Shown here in pieces: positions 61,222 through 64,000 of a stretch of DNA of 64,000 nt. The DNA comes from Octopus sinensis (lineage: Eukaryota): positions 43,834,001 through 43,898,000 of the forward strand of contig NC_043001.1 of assembly GCF_006345805.1 (NCBI RefSeq), in the 5' to 3' direction. Within the stretch, counting starts at the first letter, position 1; every line of letters begins with the position of its first letter. The position numbers and the translations under genes were made by a program. The notes under the pieces are model-generated. The model had not been told where the DNA came from. It was given only the letters and a program-made list of their open reading frames with translations, and ran no database searches.

Positions 61222-61554
61222 TATGCGTGCGCATCTTTTCCTATTGGTATTTCTGTGAAGTTCGTTAATAATAGATTAAATGTATTTATATCTACTTGCT
61301 TATTATCTTCCCAACTGACCAACCAACCAACCGACCAACCAACCAACCTACCAACCAACCAACCAACCAACCAGCCAGCCAGCCAGCCAGTCACCCAACC
61401 GACCAGCCGACCAATCAACATAATAAAGAAAGACCATTTATGTGGTCTCATTACCTGCTACAAATAACAGCTAAATTTCCATTAAATTGCATCTTAATTT
61501 CTTGAAGAAGAGTAGATTAAATAATGTAGTCGCACACACACACACACACACACA

Positions 61555-62093
61555 TTCTTTTATTCTTTTGTTTGTTTCAGTCATTTGACTGTGCCCATGT
61601 TGGGGCACTGCCTTGAAGGGTTTTTGTCAAACAAATCGATCCCAGAACTTACTTCTTTTTTAAAGCTTGGTACTTATTTTACTGGTCTCTAATTGCCGAA
61701 TCGTTAAGTTACGAGGACGTAAACACAACAACACCGGTTGACAAGCGGTGGTGGGTGACAAACACAGACATAAAGACACACAAATATACACGCACGCACG
61801 CTACGCACGCACGCTACGCACGCACGCTACGCACGCACGCTACGCACGCACACACACTCACACACACATGACGCACTTCTTTCAGATTCCGTCAACCAAA
61901 TCCATTCACAAGGCTTTGGTCGGCTCGAGGCTATAACACACACACACACGACGGACTTCTTTCGGTTTCCGTCAACCAAATCCATTCACAAGGCTTTGGT
62001 CGGCTCGAGGCTATAGTAGAAGACGTTTGCCTAAGGTGTCACGCAGTGGGACTGAACAGAAAGCATGTGGTTGGGAAGCAAGCTTCTTACCAC
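61555..62093 (-). mobile_element. SINE family A with internal ~80-bp duplication
   Basis: ccgtcaaccaaatccattcacaaggctttggtcggctcgaggctata occurs twice. Confidence 0.82.
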
Positions 62094-62392
62094 ACCTAAT
62101 GGATACGAAGAACTTTCGTCAAGGTGACTCCAACTAAGAGGTATGCGCTGTGAGTGCTCAAATAGGTATACCACTAAAATTCCGGTTTGAACTGCTGTTG
62201 AAAGCGTGCTTTTGTGACTGCCTTTTCCAAAACGGCTAGAAGTAGCGTTCCTTTGAGTCGGTAAGTATAGATTAAAGCAGAAAAGAAAAGGCAAATAGTT
62301 TGGCAAAACTTGACAATACACCTTTTATTATATAGCTAAAATAAATGTGCTCAAGTCTTGCCAAACTGTTTGCCGTTTCTTTTCTACTTTAA

Positions 62393-62479
<87 letters not shown>

Positions 62480-62483
<4 letters not shown>

Positions 62484-62660
62484 AGAGTTTACGAAAAAAC
62501 AAAAGACGAAGACAGGTGGTGTACAAAACAAACAGATGTATTAGTATAACGCTCAGGAATAGAAAAAGTATTTTACGTTTCGAGCCTACGCTCTTCTACA
62601 GAAAGGGACACAGAAAAAACAAGGAGAGAAAAAAATGTCTGTAGTGGCTAACGATCTATC
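62480..62660 (-). mobile_element. Short HHR-like repeat with CTGT core variant
   Basis: Minus strand TTT|CTGTAGA|A-GAGC-gtag-GCTC|GAAA|CG|TA|AAA at ~62571-62604; flanked by (TA)n. Confidence 0.65.
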
Positions 62661-62677
62661 ATGTGTATATATATATA

Positions 62678-62721
<44 letters not shown>

Positions 62722-63197
62722 GTGTAGTGAATCTTGCAAGCTTGAAGTGGATTCGATCCACCATAGCCAAATTTAAATTAACAGTTCGACAGAACTTTTC
62801 TCAAGGTGGAACAATGGTTGTTTCAGTGACACCAGTTTAACATTTGCCAGATTGCCTTTAGCTAAGCCGAAATAATGTCTTCACCGTTTGACCCTTATAA
62901 CCTCTTCTACTTCACCAAAAGCTGAAATTGATGAAGACAAGTGATTACGAAATGTCAAGTAACTGACACTGTTTAGCACGTGACAAGATAATCGGAATAA
63001 TAATAATTAGCTCTTATATAACAAGGTCTATTTTTAAAAAAAAGATTTGATAAAGTCAACAAAATATATTAGAGGTACTTTATCCGCACATCCCGTTCCA
63101 TCAAACGACTTGATTTCTATGACATTTCCATATGTAATTAACAAAAAATACACGAGACACCAAGCAATCTTGTTTGTTCATTAATTATCTATCTATA

Positions 63198-63600
63198 GGC
63201 GCAGGAGTAGCTGTGTGGTAAGTAGCTTGCTAATCAACCACATGGTTCCGGGTTCAGTCCCACTGCGTGACATCTTGGGCAAGTGTCTTCTGCTATAGCC
63301 CCGGGCCGACCAATGCCTTGTGAGTGGATTTGGTAGACGGAAACTGAAAGAAGCCTGTCGTATATATGTATATATATATATATGTATGTGTGTCTGTGTT
63401 TGTTCCCCTAGCATTGCTTGACAACCGATGCTGGTGTGTTTACATCCCCGTCACTTAGCGGTTCGGCAAAAAGAGACCGATAGAATAAGTACTGGGCTTA
63501 CAAAGAATAAGTCCCGGGGTCGATTTGCTCGACTAAAGGCGGTGCTCCAGCATGGCCGCAGTCAAATGACTGAAACAAGTAAAAGAGAGTAAAAGAGAGA
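63198..63600 (+). mobile_element. SINE family A, young copy
   Basis: Full head, core, internal microsatellite and tail. Confidence 0.88.
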
Positions 63601-64000
63601 GTGTATGAAATAATTATGAGTTGATTGTTATTAGGAGAATGGACTGGAAGACGTTAATATCATGAAAGACATATTAAACGATGAAAATTTGTTGAGCAAT
63701 TAATTGTTATTATTCAGTCTGTGTGTGTGTGTGTGTGTGTGTGTGCATATTATCTTTATTGATATGTATATATGTCTATTCGTATGTATTTGCACACGAT
63801 TTTATGCAAATTTGTGAATTCAGGCTTACACAGATGCGTGCGCGTACACACACGCACGCACGAATACACACACACACGCATAGGAAATTAAATAAATGAT
63901 AAATGAAGCCGAAATTATGTGCAATGAGCTTCATTAGCTTACAGCTGTTTCTGCTATAAGAAGCAGTGCACTCGGATCTGAGTGCTTGTGAATCACCTTA

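Noticed and set aside
62928-62962. TTGATGA-AG...C-GAAA-TG-TC hammerhead-like word
   Set aside because: U3-G8 core and no stem I complementarity.

Overview
AT-rich, microsatellite-dense eukaryotic genomic DNA; the SINE families and repeat landscape suggest an octopus/cephalopod genome (inference). One host gene is reconstructed: a 7-coding-exon tetraspanin on the minus strand, join(39688..39810, 37203..37457, 36578..36652, 33464..33571, 31941..32153, 29042..29125, 7758..7820), 306 aa. All six introns are GT-AG and phase 0, and the EC2 loop has CCG/PxxCC with 6 Cys. The rest is transposon debris: mariner/Tc1 elements and MITEs, two mini-Helitrons, RTE, CR1-like and R4/Dong-type LINE fragments (the latter stacked in TAA repeats), two Penelope-like (GIY-YIG) remnants and several SINE families. 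The most striking hidden signal is about a dozen minimal type-I hammerhead ribozyme (HHR) motifs. Three have canonical cores (29591, 41702, 44066) and one has a compensatory U3-A8 core (26769). Several sit inside short palindromic elements embedded in (TA)n tracts, suggesting non-autonomous, Penelope-derived fold-back ribozyme elements. All alignments and folds were done by eye, so repeat boundaries are approximate.
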